A stretch of DNA of 64,000 bases, taken from positions 1 to 64,000 of the IMG/VR virus record IMGVR_UViG_3300027563_000005. The stretch is one strand, 5' to 3'. The position numbers and the translations under genes are program-made. The DNA comes from a virus (Duplodnaviria; Caudoviricetes). This document shows positions 29,701 to 39,379 of this stretch, piece after piece. Positions within the stretch are counted from its first letter, which is position 1. Each line of letters begins with the position of its first letter. The notes under the pieces were generated by a model, which saw only the letters and a program-made list of their open reading frames with translations, was not told the origin of the DNA and made no database searches.

Positions 29701-32700
29701 CGCCCTTGGCTATCGGTCCGCCTGCAAACGTTGATCCTATGCTTGTGTAGTCGTTCCATTTTCCTTCGCCTGCATATATATTAGTCGCAGACTGCTGAAG
29801 GTATTTGCCAAAAAGTTCATATAATATTGGGCCGCCAGGATTCATATGTTTCATAGCTGGTGTCATTGTATTAGAGAATGAATGCACAAGATTAGACCAA
29901 CCAGATCTCTTGCTTGGATCTGAAACTTCTCCTGGTTCTAAGAACTTAAGCCAATTGGTGCCTCCAGAATTTCCAGTATCTGAAGTGTTACCAAGATCCA
30001 TTCCTTGCTCTTCACGATATTGATCTACGCTCTTATACTTACTCTTAGTCTGTGGCAGATTTCTTCCGTGACGATGAGGCCCAACTGATCCACCTGTGTG
30101 GAATCCAATAGCTTTTTTAATTTTCTTAAATAGCTTACCCCAGTTAATAGTTGACTGCATAGATCCGCCAGAAACTAATGTTCCATTAGTACCAATCAAT
30201 TGGCCATTTGTGCCAAGAATTTCTCCTCCACCTTCAAGTTTACCTTTACTTAAAAAGTATTCATGTTTTTCGGGAACATACTCTGGATAGATTGTTTTAT
30301 ATTTATCAGGCAGGAATAATTCTGCTCTTCTGTTTTTGGCTCTGTTCTCAGCAGTTGTATTTGGAACAAGAGGTCTGTACTCCCCGTATCCCACTGGCGT
30401 AAATGCTGTACCAGGAACAAACTTTGACATATATTCTGCAATAGCATTTGCTCTATTTTGTGAAAGGATCTTATTGTCTTTTCCTTTACCTACAGAGTCT
30501 GTGTGTCCTTGAACAACTATTGATGCCAGCTTATGTTTAATAAGATCTTTAGCGATTGCCTGAAGTTCTAGTCTTTGTTCTTTATTTAATGTGTAAGAGT
30601 TTGTAGCAAAATTTGCTGTGATCGGCGGAACTTCAATTTTAATAACCTGCTTATTAGCATCTTGCCATGCTTCTATTGGGCCCATCAATTTTCCGCCTCG
30701 ATGATTTACGTCTACAGTGGTTGATCCATTTCCAAATGAACTAGTGTGTGTAGATAAAGGAGTTGGCTTTATAGGTCCACCCCCTGCATATTTACCAGCA
30801 TTTAGTGCATCAAAATGATCTACTCCATACTTAGCTACGGAGTCTGCCTTAATTACATATTCGCCATTTGATAAGTAGGCTGGAATAGAATCAGATGTTG
30901 CAGTTCCTGCTCCTCTAATGTATCCGCCATCTGCTTTGTTGTATGGGTCGGTTATTTCCGTGATCTGGCCTTTGTCACCCATCTTGTATACAAATATTTT
31001 TCCTTCGCCATCAGTTAATGAGAAAAATTGTCCAGGCAAAATTCCTCTTTCTACTGCAATGTCCTTAACTTTTTGTCTAGTTCCTAACTTGCCAAAACCA
31101 CCAATACCAGACCAATCTGCCAGAGTTGTTTTGCTTATAGTGTTTGTTCCGACACCAGCTTTTCCTAAATCATAAGGAGCATCTTTTGTTCCAGATCCTT
31201 TTCCACCAATTTCAAACTTTTTGCCATCGACATAGATGCTAACATTTCCTTTAACATCTATAGTGCTCATTGCGCCTAATTTATTTTGAAGTCCATCTGT
31301 AAGGGCCTTTGCTAGGTCAAGATCTTTTAATCCATTAAGTTTAATTCCTGCATCTTTGGCGGCAGATGCAACAGCGGCAAGCATTGTTTCAGATTGCTTG
31401 CCTGCTTTCCACTGTGCTCTTTCTTGTTCTGGCTGCTTTAATAATTCAATCTCCCAGTTTAACATTGCAGTATTAACTGCGCTGATTGCGCTTTCTTGAT
31501 TAGTAATTGTCTTAGAAAGGTCTCCTAATTTTTCACCTGCAAGCGCTGCTTTATCTGCTATACCCTGCTGCTTGCCTTGAATTGCTTCAATTAGTTTTTG
31601 CAGCGGTAAGTTCTTTAAAATATTTGAGTCTTCAAGAGATTTCTTTTGTGAATTATATTGAAGTTCGCTTTGGTACCCTTGGATATCTAGGCTTGCTTGC
31701 TGTGCACCAGCTATGTTTCCAGTTGCAAGCGCTGCATCATATTCTGCCTGCTTCTTTGCAATTTCTCTACCAATATCGCCTTCTTGTTTTGCAGCATCTA
31801 GAGCCTTTAATCTTGACTCGGTTAGCTTGTTGTTAGCATCTATTTGTTTTTGGATAGAGTTTATCTTATCTCTATCTGATATTTGCTGTGCAACTGATTG
31901 GCCTTTTGCTGCTTTTTCATACGCTGCTTGTAGTTTTTTATTCGCATCTAATGCTTTATATTGCTTTTCTAGCGCACCACCAGGAGCTCTATTTGCAGCC
32001 TCTATTGATTTGCCTAAAGCTATTTGCAGGTTGTACAAGTCATTTGTCTGTTGAGCATTTAGCGCTCTAAGGTCTCCTGTGTATCCCTTAACTTGAATTC
32101 TTGTTTTTTGCCATAGAGACAAAGCAGTTTCTTGCTCATTAGCAATTTGTCTAATGGCTGGGTCTATCTTTGCCATTTCATCTACAACTTCTTCAGTTAA
32201 ATATACTTGATTTTGTACTTTAGAATTAATAGCATCGATAGCAGCTTGTTCTTGATCAAGCATTATTTGTTTTTCGTCACCTGTTGAAAGATAGGTTCCA
32301 TCTTTGTTAGCCTGTTTACGTGCTTCTTTTAATGCCTTTGCCTGCCTAGCTTCTACATCAGTAGATAATGCCATCATGGCTGTATTGAGTTGGTTTGCCT
32401 GCTCTGTTGCATCACGATTGGTTGCCATTGCAGTAGTTAAGCTATCTATTGCGCTAGCTGCAGCTGAGGCTGTATCTTTTATATCATTAAATCCTTTTGA
32501 ACTGATTGTATAAGCTGCTGCATTTGGAGCAAAGTCTGAAGCCGCATACATTGTGTATATCTTTTTAGCTGCATCTTCTGCAGACATTCCCATAGCAATT
32601 AGCTGCTCTTTGAGTCTTATAGCCAAAGCTTTCTGATCTTCTGCATTGTCTCCAGTTTGATTGATAAGGGCAACCTGATCAGAATAGTTTTCTTTAACTT

Positions 32701-35700
32701 CTTTTTTCAATTTCTTGTATTCTTCAATTGTAATCTTTAAAGGAGTGCCAGATCCCTTCATGCTTTCATAAAGAAGAGTATTTTTTTCTCTTAATGCTTT
32801 TGCATTATTAATTGCTTCTTTAATCTTGTCATTAAAGTTTGTAAACTTAAGTCCTGCTTTTTGTGCAGCCTCGGCTGTCATTCCATATCCTAAAGCATTT
32901 AATCTAAGAGCTTCCTTGTGAGCCTGCCATTTATCCCAGGCAAACTTTACTACTGCTGCGCTACTGCCGAGTGCAAGATTAAATCTTGTAAATATGCTTA
33001 GTGAGTGTCCAAGTGCTTTGCTTAAAAGATTTGAGCTTCCTGTAAGCTTGCTTAACATTGTTCCGTATTTAGTTAACTGCGGTACACCAGTAACTTTATT
33101 AACTCCTACTGCACCAATTGGAGTTGTAGCTTTAGGGAACATGTTGCTAATTCCTTTGCCACCGCCCTTTGGCATCATGTTACCCATTAATAAAAATGGA
33201 AGGAAGGATCCCATTGTGGTAATTGCGTTTCCAGTAGTTCCGCCAACCTTTTCACCAGCATACTTTGAACCTTCGCTTAAACCCATAATTAAAAGCAATT
33301 GTTTAAGCATTGGAATGAGGCCGCCTGGATTAAACCCGTTAATAGGTCCGCCAGCCTTATATCCATTTGGAATTATGCCGCCAGCATTTCTTGGAACAAA
33401 TAGCTCTGGCCCCTTTTCTCCAACAATGTATGGCTGGCCCGCATTAACTGGCCCACCCATTTCTCTTTTTTCTATTCCAAATACTAACTGCTTTAAAGTT
33501 TCTGTTAATGGGGTGTCTTTTTTAGATTCCCAGTTTGCAAACTTTTTTCTAAGAATTTCTCTATCTATAGCAGAAAGAACTTTTCTTCCTTCTGGTGCAG
33601 ACAATGTTGAGGAGGCCGCAGATCTTATTACAGAATCCATAACATCTGGCTCTACTGCTCTTATTAAGTGGCCCTGTGCGTTCTTGGTATATCCATATGG
33701 CATTTCTTTAGCAAGAGCTGCAGCAAATTTATCATATAGAATTTTTTGCGTTCTCTTTGTTAACCCAGTAGATCCAAAAAGTTTTTCAGCCATTCCTATC
33801 TGTAATGATGTTACTCCCCATGGGGCTGACTCATACGTGCTTGGTTTAGGTGCACCTGTTGGTCCAAATCCTGCGCCAATTCTATGCATTGCTTTGCTCT
33901 TTGTAATTGCTTCAAGCAATCCACCAAATCTAAATCCGTTTGCATCAGTTTTAAATGCATTGTCTGACAGGCTTGCTGAATGGCCAGTTTGTCTGCGCTT
34001 TAGTTCGTCTGCCGCTACCATCTTTGCTATAGCCGCTGGCGTCATTTGTTTTTCTGGTGACATCTGTAAACCAGAGTGAATTCCATGAAGCTCTTTCCAA
34101 TTTACGCCTCTTGCATCAGATAGCCTTTTAATCATTGCTTCATAAACAACTTTTTCTTCTGGGTTTAAATCAAATCTTGAAACTGTCTGCTTAAGCTTTG
34201 GTAAAGCGCTTTCAATCTCTTTAAGCATACGGCTATGATATTCATCAGCTGTCATTCCTTTTGGTATCTGGTGGGTTGACTCAGCAAAGAATTTCTTAGC
34301 TCCGCTGCCTTTTTTCCCTAATAGATTTATATAAGCCTGATCTTTTACTGAGGGCATAACTGATGCGTATCCTCTAAGCCCAGATGCTGCTGAGAATACT
34401 CCAGCTGGTCCTACGTCTGAAAGAACGTTTCCAGATAAATTACCTCTTGCCAAATCTTTGTCTCCACGTAAAGCTGATGCGACTAGCTGTCTAAAATATT
34501 CGTCTGTAGTAAATTTAGCATCTGTCGCTGCAACTTTGGGATCAAATTTAGACTCAAGTGCTAATAGCTTTCTTCTACCAGTTGGATCGGTAGGGTCTCT
34601 CATTACAACAACTTTTTGTGTTGGAGCATGTAATCCATGAACCTCACGAGCAATTTGTGTTGCTCTCATTTCTGCAACTGCTGCTCTCTCGTCTAACACT
34701 GGCTTTACAAATACTTTTTCATCGCCCTTCATATAAAGTCCGCCAACTCCTGGAACAGGGAAGCTACGGCCTGAAGTAGGAGAGAGAAGCTCTCCGTATT
34801 GAGTTACTGGAGTCTTTGCAAATCTAGAATCAGTAACTGCCTGGTCTGCTTTTTCCATGGCAACTCTTTTTGCTCTTTGTTCTTCAACTTGTTTTATAGT
34901 TTTAGGCATGCCAATAAAGAAAGGCTTACCGTATCCATATCTTCCTGGCTCTACAGTTCCTCCAGGAATAGATCCTCCAGCATTTCTTTTAAGAAATGCT
35001 CTTGACATCATTATGGCAAGTCTTTGTCTGCTTGCATTAAACGAGCTTCCGCTGAATGTTCCAAGCATTCCTTTTGCAAGGCCAGCCAACTTTGAATTTT
35101 CAATTGTAGTTAAGCCATTTCTGGATTTAACAAGTGTTTCTAATGCCGCAATAGGCTTTCCGTCTCTTGGCCCCATAGGCTGTAGAACTGAATTAAATAT
35201 TGATCTAAAAGACCTGTCTCCAACTCTTATATCTTTAAATGATTTAGAACCAATTACTTCTTTTTCAAACCATTTTTCAAATGTCATGGCTCCATTTTTA
35301 CCACCAAACACTCTACTATCTTTTTCAAGATTTCTAAGCATTTCATTAAACACTTTATTAAATTGAGTATTATTTCTTGGGTCTCCACCTAAACCTTGAG
35401 CTGCAGTCATCCATGGCTCAAATGGGTGTCTTCCTGCTGCAATTGCTTTTCTAAATTCTTTTGCTAGCTGTGGACCAGTCATTCCGCTGCCTACTGATCG
35501 AGTTTGTTGATTTGCATCTCTGCTCATCCAAATTGGAATTCCTCTACCAACACTTACAGTGTTAGCATATCCTCTTGTTGCCCGCACCCTTTTAAGATCA
35601 GCAGAAGATGCTTCAGATACGTGGCTTCTTTCAAAAGCTGTCTCTCCGCCAAATTCGTGCATACCGCTTCCAGATGTATTTCCAGGTCCGCCATTTAATT

Positions 35701-38644
35701 CATACATCAAAGGCATATTTCTTTTTGCAATATTCGCTGGTATGACTGCTTCTCCAGGTGTTAATACAACTGGGACTTGTCCGCCTTCTTGTGCATAATA
35801 AGACTTGCCTCCAAGTATATTTGTTATTAACGGAAGATGCTTTTCAGTTGCAGCTTTATTAATTACAAATGCGCCAGGCTCTGCTGTGGTGTGGTAGGTA
35901 TCCGTGTCACCAGTTCCTGGGACAAAGCCTCCTTTTGCAAACCTTGGCTTTGTTGTTTCAATGTTATATCCAGCACCTGATGTTCTTACGCCACCGAGAG
36001 CTCTTGCAATTCTATCAACCATTGCTTTTGTAGGTCCCTTATGAAACATTTCTTTCATATTAGACTTGCCTGTAGATGGATCTACCACTGGCTGTGATGT
36101 TAGTGGAACCGTTGTTAAGTTAGCTGTTCTGCCCATTGTTGCTGCAGTTAGTCTTGTTGTTTCTGCAAGCATTGCTTCTACGGTTGCATTTAATGAAATT
36201 ATTTTTGCTCTGGCCTGTTCTACCGTTATCTTGCTTGCTTGAACCTGCTGAACAATTGCTGCAGTTTCTTTTGCTGCAAGGTCTGTTATTTGGCTAAACT
36301 CTGGCAACAATGCCTTATACGAATCAGATAAGCTTGATGTAACAGTTCCTGTTGCCATAACTTCTGCTTTTAATATTTTAAGTTCTGCTTCAGATTGCAT
36401 AGCAATAGCAGCTGTCATAGCATGCCATTTTGCAGCCTCTGCTGCAACAATTCCTGTAGAGGTTCCACCTACTGATGTTAGGCCAGGTATCTTTGGAAGA
36501 TCTCCATCCATATAGGCCTGTGGGTTTCTACCAACTCTTATGTTTACTGGCTTTGCTCCTGGAACTGTTCCAAATATTGTTCCTTCTTGGGGATTGCCAG
36601 AAGGGATCAAATGAGACATATCTCTTGAATATGGTCTACCGACTAGGGGGTTATTTTTATCTACTACTCTGCCTGAACCGCCTGCTGCCATAATTACTCC
36701 GCCTGCAACTGTTGATACTGCTGGCTGAACTGCTACCTTTGCTGCATTTGCTTTTGTTTCTAAGTTTATAAAAGACTGAGCTAAAGTATTTACTGCATTA
36801 GATAAAACAATAGTTGCTTCTGTGTCTGAGTAGAATGAGGTGGCTAATCCTTTAGCTGCAGCATCTGCGGCTATGATCTCTGGCGTTAGAAGCCTGAACC
36901 CTTGACCGCCTTTTGCAAGTTGTCTTAAGTGGAATATTCCCTTAACTACGTAACCAATAAAGTTACCCATTACACCAGCCATCATAATTAGTGGACCAGC
37001 TATTGCAGTTAATCCTCCCAATACGTTTAGTAATGTTTTAACTGGCTCGGGAAGCTTTTGGAAAAACTTTATAATTGCGTCAACAACTTTTAAGACCTTT
37101 GTGCTTATTCTTAAAAATTGCTCTCCTGCTCCAGCAAGATCTGCTTGTACTGATGCCCAGGCTCTTTTAAATTGTCCAGAGGCTGACTCTGTCATCATCT
37201 TTAATTCTCGCTCTGAGATTGCTGCTAAATCTGTCACGCTTGCTTTCATTAAGTCCATAACCTGAAGTGTCTGTGATCCAGACTTTCCTAGGTTTTCAAA
37301 CAGAGCTGACATTCTTGCAAACTGGAACTTACCAAATAGTTGTTCAATTGCTCTAGATTTATCTAGCGGATTAAGATTGTCTAGTGCGGCCTGCAATGAT
37401 AATATTGTTGCAGTTAGATCACCAGCATTATCATTTACAATACCCTTTAGATCAATTCCAAATCCCATAAACTGCTCTGTTGCAACTTTAGTTGGGTTAA
37501 TGAGAGATGCCATTGCTGACTTGATTGCATTTGCGCCTTCAGAAGCATTTACTCCGCCTTCTTTCATTGCTGTGAGGTAAAGAGCTAAATCTTTTACATC
37601 TCCGCCAAGAGATTTAATTACGGGACCAGCTTTAGGAATTGCTTCAGTCAAATCTGCAAGGCTTGTTGATGTCTGGTTTTCAACTGCGTTAAGGAAGTCA
37701 ATCGATTGTGCTAGTTCATCAGTGCTCTGCTTAAAAGCATTTTGAATTGCAAGAGTTGCCTTCATTGCATCTTGTCTATCAACTTCACCAAGCACGGCAA
37801 GTCTTGTTGTTTGCTGTGTGGAGGCAATTAAATCATTGCCCTGTTGTCCTGTTGCTGCTAAGTCTGCAGCGAGTGCAATTGTTTCTTTATATGCAACACC
37901 ATAAGAGCCAGCAATTTCTCTAGCTGTTGCGGTAACGTCTTTTCTTACTTGTGCTAAATCTGCAGATGAAGTTGCGGCAAGACCACCATAAACCTTTGTT
38001 AGTCTTACTAACTCTGCATCTGCTTCTCTAAATGCTTTTTGTGCTGCCGCTCCAAACATAACTAGCGGGACAGTTAGTCCTACTGTTAGCTGGCGTCCCG
38101 CCCACTGTGTATTTTTACCCCAGTTAATAAGTCCTGTTGATCCATCAAGCATGACCTTATTCATGATTGCAGCTTCTTGTCTAGCAATCGCCATCTTGTT
38201 TTTTATTTCATCAAGACCTTTTGCAACCATTACGTTATATTGCATATGGCCTTGTGCGTTTTTACCCACAGGCTGTACTATTGCTTGCTGAAGCATTACT
38301 TGCTGCTTAGCAAGATCTCTAATTAATGAGCTTGTTTTCTTTGTATGGCCGCTCCAAGCATTATAATAATCGTTGAGCTTGAGGCGACCTCTATCTAAGT
38401 TCTTACCGAACTTGTCTACGTCTGAAGATAGTGATACAAAGTGTTGAGAGAACTGGCCTGTTGATGTAAGCGTTGTAGCAAACGACTTGTTCATCACTGC
38501 AATTTGGTTTGCAAGCTTTGCGTTTGTTCCCGCTGTTGTTTCTTGTAACTTTACGAGTTGGGCAGTAACCGCAGCTAGTTGAGCTCTTAAGCTCGTGAAG
38601 TCTGCGTGGGCGGTAATATTGGTCGTTATTATATTATCTGCCAT
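26768..38644 (-). CDS. tape measure protein (3958 aa) with embedded cargo domains
   Basis: N-terminal TP901-type TMP core (GRQLTVGLTVPL, LNAVENQT, ASEGANAIKS), follows tail chaperones; contains OmpA-like, kinase-like and ART-like segments separated by xxGG motifs. Confidence 0.92.
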   Translation of the reverse strand: MADNIITTNITAHADFTSLRAQLAAVTAQLVKLQETTAGTNAKLANQIAVMNKSFATTLTSTGQFSQHFVSLSSDVDKFGKNLDRGRLKLNDYYNAWSGHTKKTSSLIRDLAKQQVMLQQAIVQPVGKNAQGHMQYNVMVAKGLDEIKNKMAIARQEAAIMNKVMLDGSTGLINWGKNTQWAGRQLTVGLTVPLVMFGAAAQKAFREADAELVRLTKVYGGLAATSSADLAQVRKDVTATAREIAGSYGVAYKETIALAADLAATGQQGNDLIASTQQTTRLAVLGEVDRQDAMKATLAIQNAFKQSTDELAQSIDFLNAVENQTSTSLADLTEAIPKAGPVIKSLGGDVKDLALYLTAMKEGGVNASEGANAIKSAMASLINPTKVATEQFMGFGIDLKGIVNDNAGDLTATILSLQAALDNLNPLDKSRAIEQLFGKFQFARMSALFENLGKSGSQTLQVMDLMKASVTDLAAISERELKMMTESASGQFKRAWASVQADLAGAGEQFLRISTKVLKVVDAIIKFFQKLPEPVKTLLNVLGGLTAIAGPLIMMAGVMGNFIGYVVKGIFHLRQLAKGGQGFRLLTPEIIAADAAAKGLATSFYSDTEATIVLSNAVNTLAQSFINLETKANAAKVAVQPAVSTVAGGVIMAAGGSGRVVDKNNPLVGRPYSRDMSHLIPSGNPQEGTIFGTVPGAKPVNIRVGRNPQAYMDGDLPKIPGLTSVGGTSTGIVAAEAAKWHAMTAAIAMQSEAELKILKAEVMATGTVTSSLSDSYKALLPEFSQITDLAAKETAAIVQQVQASKITVEQARAKIISLNATVEAMLAETTRLTAATMGRTANLTTVPLTSQPVVDPSTGKSNMKEMFHKGPTKAMVDRIARALGGVRTSGAGYNIETTKPRFAKGGFVPGTGDTDTYHTTAEPGAFVINKAATEKHLPLITNILGGKSYYAQEGGQVPVVLTPGEAVIPANIAKRNMPLMYELNGGPGNTSGSGMHEFGGETAFERSHVSEASSADLKRVRATRGYANTVSVGRGIPIWMSRDANQQTRSVGSGMTGPQLAKEFRKAIAAGRHPFEPWMTAAQGLGGDPRNNTQFNKVFNEMLRNLEKDSRVFGGKNGAMTFEKWFEKEVIGSKSFKDIRVGDRSFRSIFNSVLQPMGPRDGKPIAALETLVKSRNGLTTIENSKLAGLAKGMLGTFSGSSFNASRQRLAIMMSRAFLKRNAGGSIPGGTVEPGRYGYGKPFFIGMPKTIKQVEEQRAKRVAMEKADQAVTDSRFAKTPVTQYGELLSPTSGRSFPVPGVGGLYMKGDEKVFVKPVLDERAAVAEMRATQIAREVHGLHAPTQKVVVMRDPTDPTGRRKLLALESKFDPKVAATDAKFTTDEYFRQLVASALRGDKDLARGNLSGNVLSDVGPAGVFSAASGLRGYASVMPSVKDQAYINLLGKKGSGAKKFFAESTHQIPKGMTADEYHSRMLKEIESALPKLKQTVSRFDLNPEEKVVYEAMIKRLSDARGVNWKELHGIHSGLQMSPEKQMTPAAIAKMVAADELKRRQTGHSASLSDNAFKTDANGFRFGGLLEAITKSKAMHRIGAGFGPTGAPKPSTYESAPWGVTSLQIGMAEKLFGSTGLTKRTQKILYDKFAAALAKEMPYGYTKNAQGHLIRAVEPDVMDSVIRSAASSTLSAPEGRKVLSAIDREILRKKFANWESKKDTPLTETLKQLVFGIEKREMGGPVNAGQPYIVGEKGPELFVPRNAGGIIPNGYKAGGPINGFNPGGLIPMLKQLLLIMGLSEGSKYAGEKVGGTTGNAITTMGSFLPFLLMGNMMPKGGGKGISNMFPKATTPIGAVGVNKVTGVPQLTKYGTMLSKLTGSSNLLSKALGHSLSIFTRFNLALGSSAAVVKFAWDKWQAHKEALRLNALGYGMTAEAAQKAGLKFTNFNDKIKEAINNAKALREKNTLLYESMKGSGTPLKITIEEYKKLKKEVKENYSDQVALINQTGDNAEDQKALAIRLKEQLIAMGMSAEDAAKKIYTMYAASDFAPNAAAYTISSKGFNDIKDTASAAASAIDSLTTAMATNRDATEQANQLNTAMMALSTDVEARQAKALKEARKQANKDGTYLSTGDEKQIMLDQEQAAIDAINSKVQNQVYLTEEVVDEMAKIDPAIRQIANEQETALSLWQKTRIQVKGYTGDLRALNAQQTNDLYNLQIALGKSIEAANRAPGGALEKQYKALDANKKLQAAYEKAAKGQSVAQQISDRDKINSIQKQIDANNKLTESRLKALDAAKQEGDIGREIAKKQAEYDAALATGNIAGAQQASLDIQGYQSELQYNSQKKSLEDSNILKNLPLQKLIEAIQGKQQGIADKAALAGEKLGDLSKTITNQESAISAVNTAMLNWEIELLKQPEQERAQWKAGKQSETMLAAVASAAKDAGIKLNGLKDLDLAKALTDGLQNKLGAMSTIDVKGNVSIYVDGKKFEIGGKGSGTKDAPYDLGKAGVGTNTISKTTLADWSGIGGFGKLGTRQKVKDIAVERGILPGQFFSLTDGEGKIFVYKMGDKGQITEITDPYNKADGGYIRGAGTATSDSIPAYLSNGEYVIKADSVAKYGVDHFDALNAGKYAGGGPIKPTPLSTHTSSFGNGSTTVDVNHRGGKLMGPIEAWQDANKQVIKIEVPPITANFATNSYTLNKEQRLELQAIAKDLIKHKLASIVVQGHTDSVGKGKDNKILSQNRANAIAEYMSKFVPGTAFTPVGYGEYRPLVPNTTAENRAKNRRAELFLPDKYKTIYPEYVPEKHEYFLSKGKLEGGGEILGTNGQLIGTNGTLVSGGSMQSTINWGKLFKKIKKAIGFHTGGSVGPHRHGRNLPQTKSKYKSVDQYREEQGMDLGNTSDTGNSGGTNWLKFLEPGEVSDPSKRSGWSNLVHSFSNTMTPAMKHMNPGGPILYELFGKYLQQSATNIYAGEGKWNDYTSIGSTFAGGPIAKGVSSIPKLIKGLMNPQVREALKLMKRGTHNSPNPNLVDDLLDPMSYQAGKEQTLGNFTHFAANPMYQAGQPKYGPNVYKPKLGVKAFLAILKSKGFLNPSQMGQYGYPGSMYGAKFTDEGIQKAIQDGFIGTKLNINNPTAGQFAPFFTGFGKNHPLGGIKKFGFGGWVKSGFKKMPQIMGSAAIWQSMEEIEKRLSLKWGANENASGLSKWGRALGRVAFNTAQGGLSGLTFGGPGGLAGVGIGLVEGLAGLIKDGSQYGVKGGTQSGVKGFNANKELKNMSFSKSAQNVALTAGLSVPFGFAGNKIAPHISKIVQRVKDAKAWTHFAHNSPDALTPNIGRRTDAMHTYGPGTYGALDSTTYASDQFSTNAHKLSLSPLAWLKTAFGKGAITDGPEMAAEKLRYANKFGVSQPTYISDDFANYLRKRGYSGYKTEDGIVTNWNVGYPGFGLKNDLGKIPFAAKGILAKAKGLLSKIKSGVTGIPARIKELRLPNKLENETLKHGYQYGRKSGQAQTDLLLDPKQLKARKDYEAPLIKILDEAGYEPNDYGSGWVRKGTDPQHPKTSDFLSERDGTLYDILGQLNRGMYDFNPIVHGRGRYHYGSAVGAKVKNIEDRIIKFLKSKAVKSNPIVSKLMVNRFFGKKFTDFMVKNASDDVIGVFPPGLPMSSIQDALGTTSFHGGALSEIANRVLSSGPVGEAGKLFKGQAINPAKNWFGLDLFTTSSQSVGKAYRQKNLETNPLSSLFELALRIKSAKPLDIRHGIPALSISNPKFLRTYIKTLLKAGKHREAFEFLLQEGGSELRKIGSTASDARAQAFSQGTETAEALIRSKLDSILHTGGMQVNPGAELHNVLAMLDPEKLVAGFKKILEYSGNGIGSTYGIPQLKTGINNVPADMLAMLHKNEAVVPANMNPFNPNANNATMGGGVYNITNNINGYDGNLEQLSSMVTQKTITAIKSLDSRNAKMAGPSFTVGAK

Positions 38645-38653
38645 ATATATATG

Positions 38654-39028
38654 TTACTCTATAGAGTATCCTAATCCCGCTCCGACACCGAATCCAGCTT
38701 CCGCTGCTAAGCCACCTTGTAATGAAACAACATCGTCTGCTGATGCATTAATACCTAGTGCTCTTCTTCTAATGTCTTCGAAGGATGATCCCTCCTTATT
38801 TTCATTACTGCTTTCATTTAACTCAACGCCTTGTATTAAAGCTAAGAACTTTCTTTTCTCTTCTTCAGTTTTTTGCATTGATTTAAAAGTCTGGACCATC
38901 TCTGGCATCGAAAGACTATCTTCTAATTCTTCGTAATTTTTCCAATTACCTAGTAGAAAGACTTCCCCTTCTAAAGCGGCTAAATCTAGTTCTGTCCAGC
39001 CAGTACCGTTGCCGCTAGAAGGTTTGGG
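38654..39028 (-). CDS. tail assembly chaperone, -1 frameshift extension
   Basis: The -1 frame is open from the slippery site (PKPSSGNGTGWTELDLAALEGEVFLLGNWKNYEELEDSLSMPE...) into the 84-aa ORF at 38654-38908. Confidence 0.8.
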   Translation of the reverse strand, partial: PKPSSGNGTGWTELDLAALEGEVFLLGNWKNYEELEDSLSMPEMVQTFKSMQKTEEEKRKFLALIQGVELNESSNENKEGSSFEDIRRRALGINASADDVVSLQGGLAAEAGFGVGAGLGYSIE

Positions 39029-39318
39029 TCGTCCATCTTAATTCCACCGCATACTTCAAGAATGCGATTGATTGTTGGAACGTCAAGTGTGTCTTCAAAT
39101 GCGTCAATGTCTTTAACTAGCTCTGGTAGTTGCTTTTCTAAAGCCACTGCACACGCTTCAATTAAAATTGTTAGTGTCTCGTCTTCTGACGTTACTTCTG
39201 CTGTCTTTTGAATGACTACCATAAACTTGCGAAGCTCTTTAATTGTTAAAGGCTTAAGCTTAACGGTTGCGCCATTTTGTAGTTGAATCTCTTCAACGTC
39301 GTATACTGTAGTTGCCAA
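38986..39318 (-). CDS. tail assembly chaperone
   Basis: Between tail tube and tape measure genes; GGAGG RBS; TTG start. Confidence 0.85.
   Translation of the reverse strand: MATTVYDVEEIQLQNGATVKLKPLTIKELRKFMVVIQKTAEVTSEDETLTILIEACAVALEKQLPELVKDIDAFEDTLDVPTINRILEVCGGIKMDDPNLLAATVLAGQN
39022..39028 (-). other. programmed -1 ribosomal frameshift site (C CCA AAC)
   Basis: Canonical X XXY YYZ heptamer, in the correct phase near the 3' end of the chaperone gene. Confidence 0.8.
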
Positions 39319-39379
39319 TTTAATCCTCCTAGGATCTTGTCTTAATTATTGTATCATATTCAAAATACAAGAGCAATAG

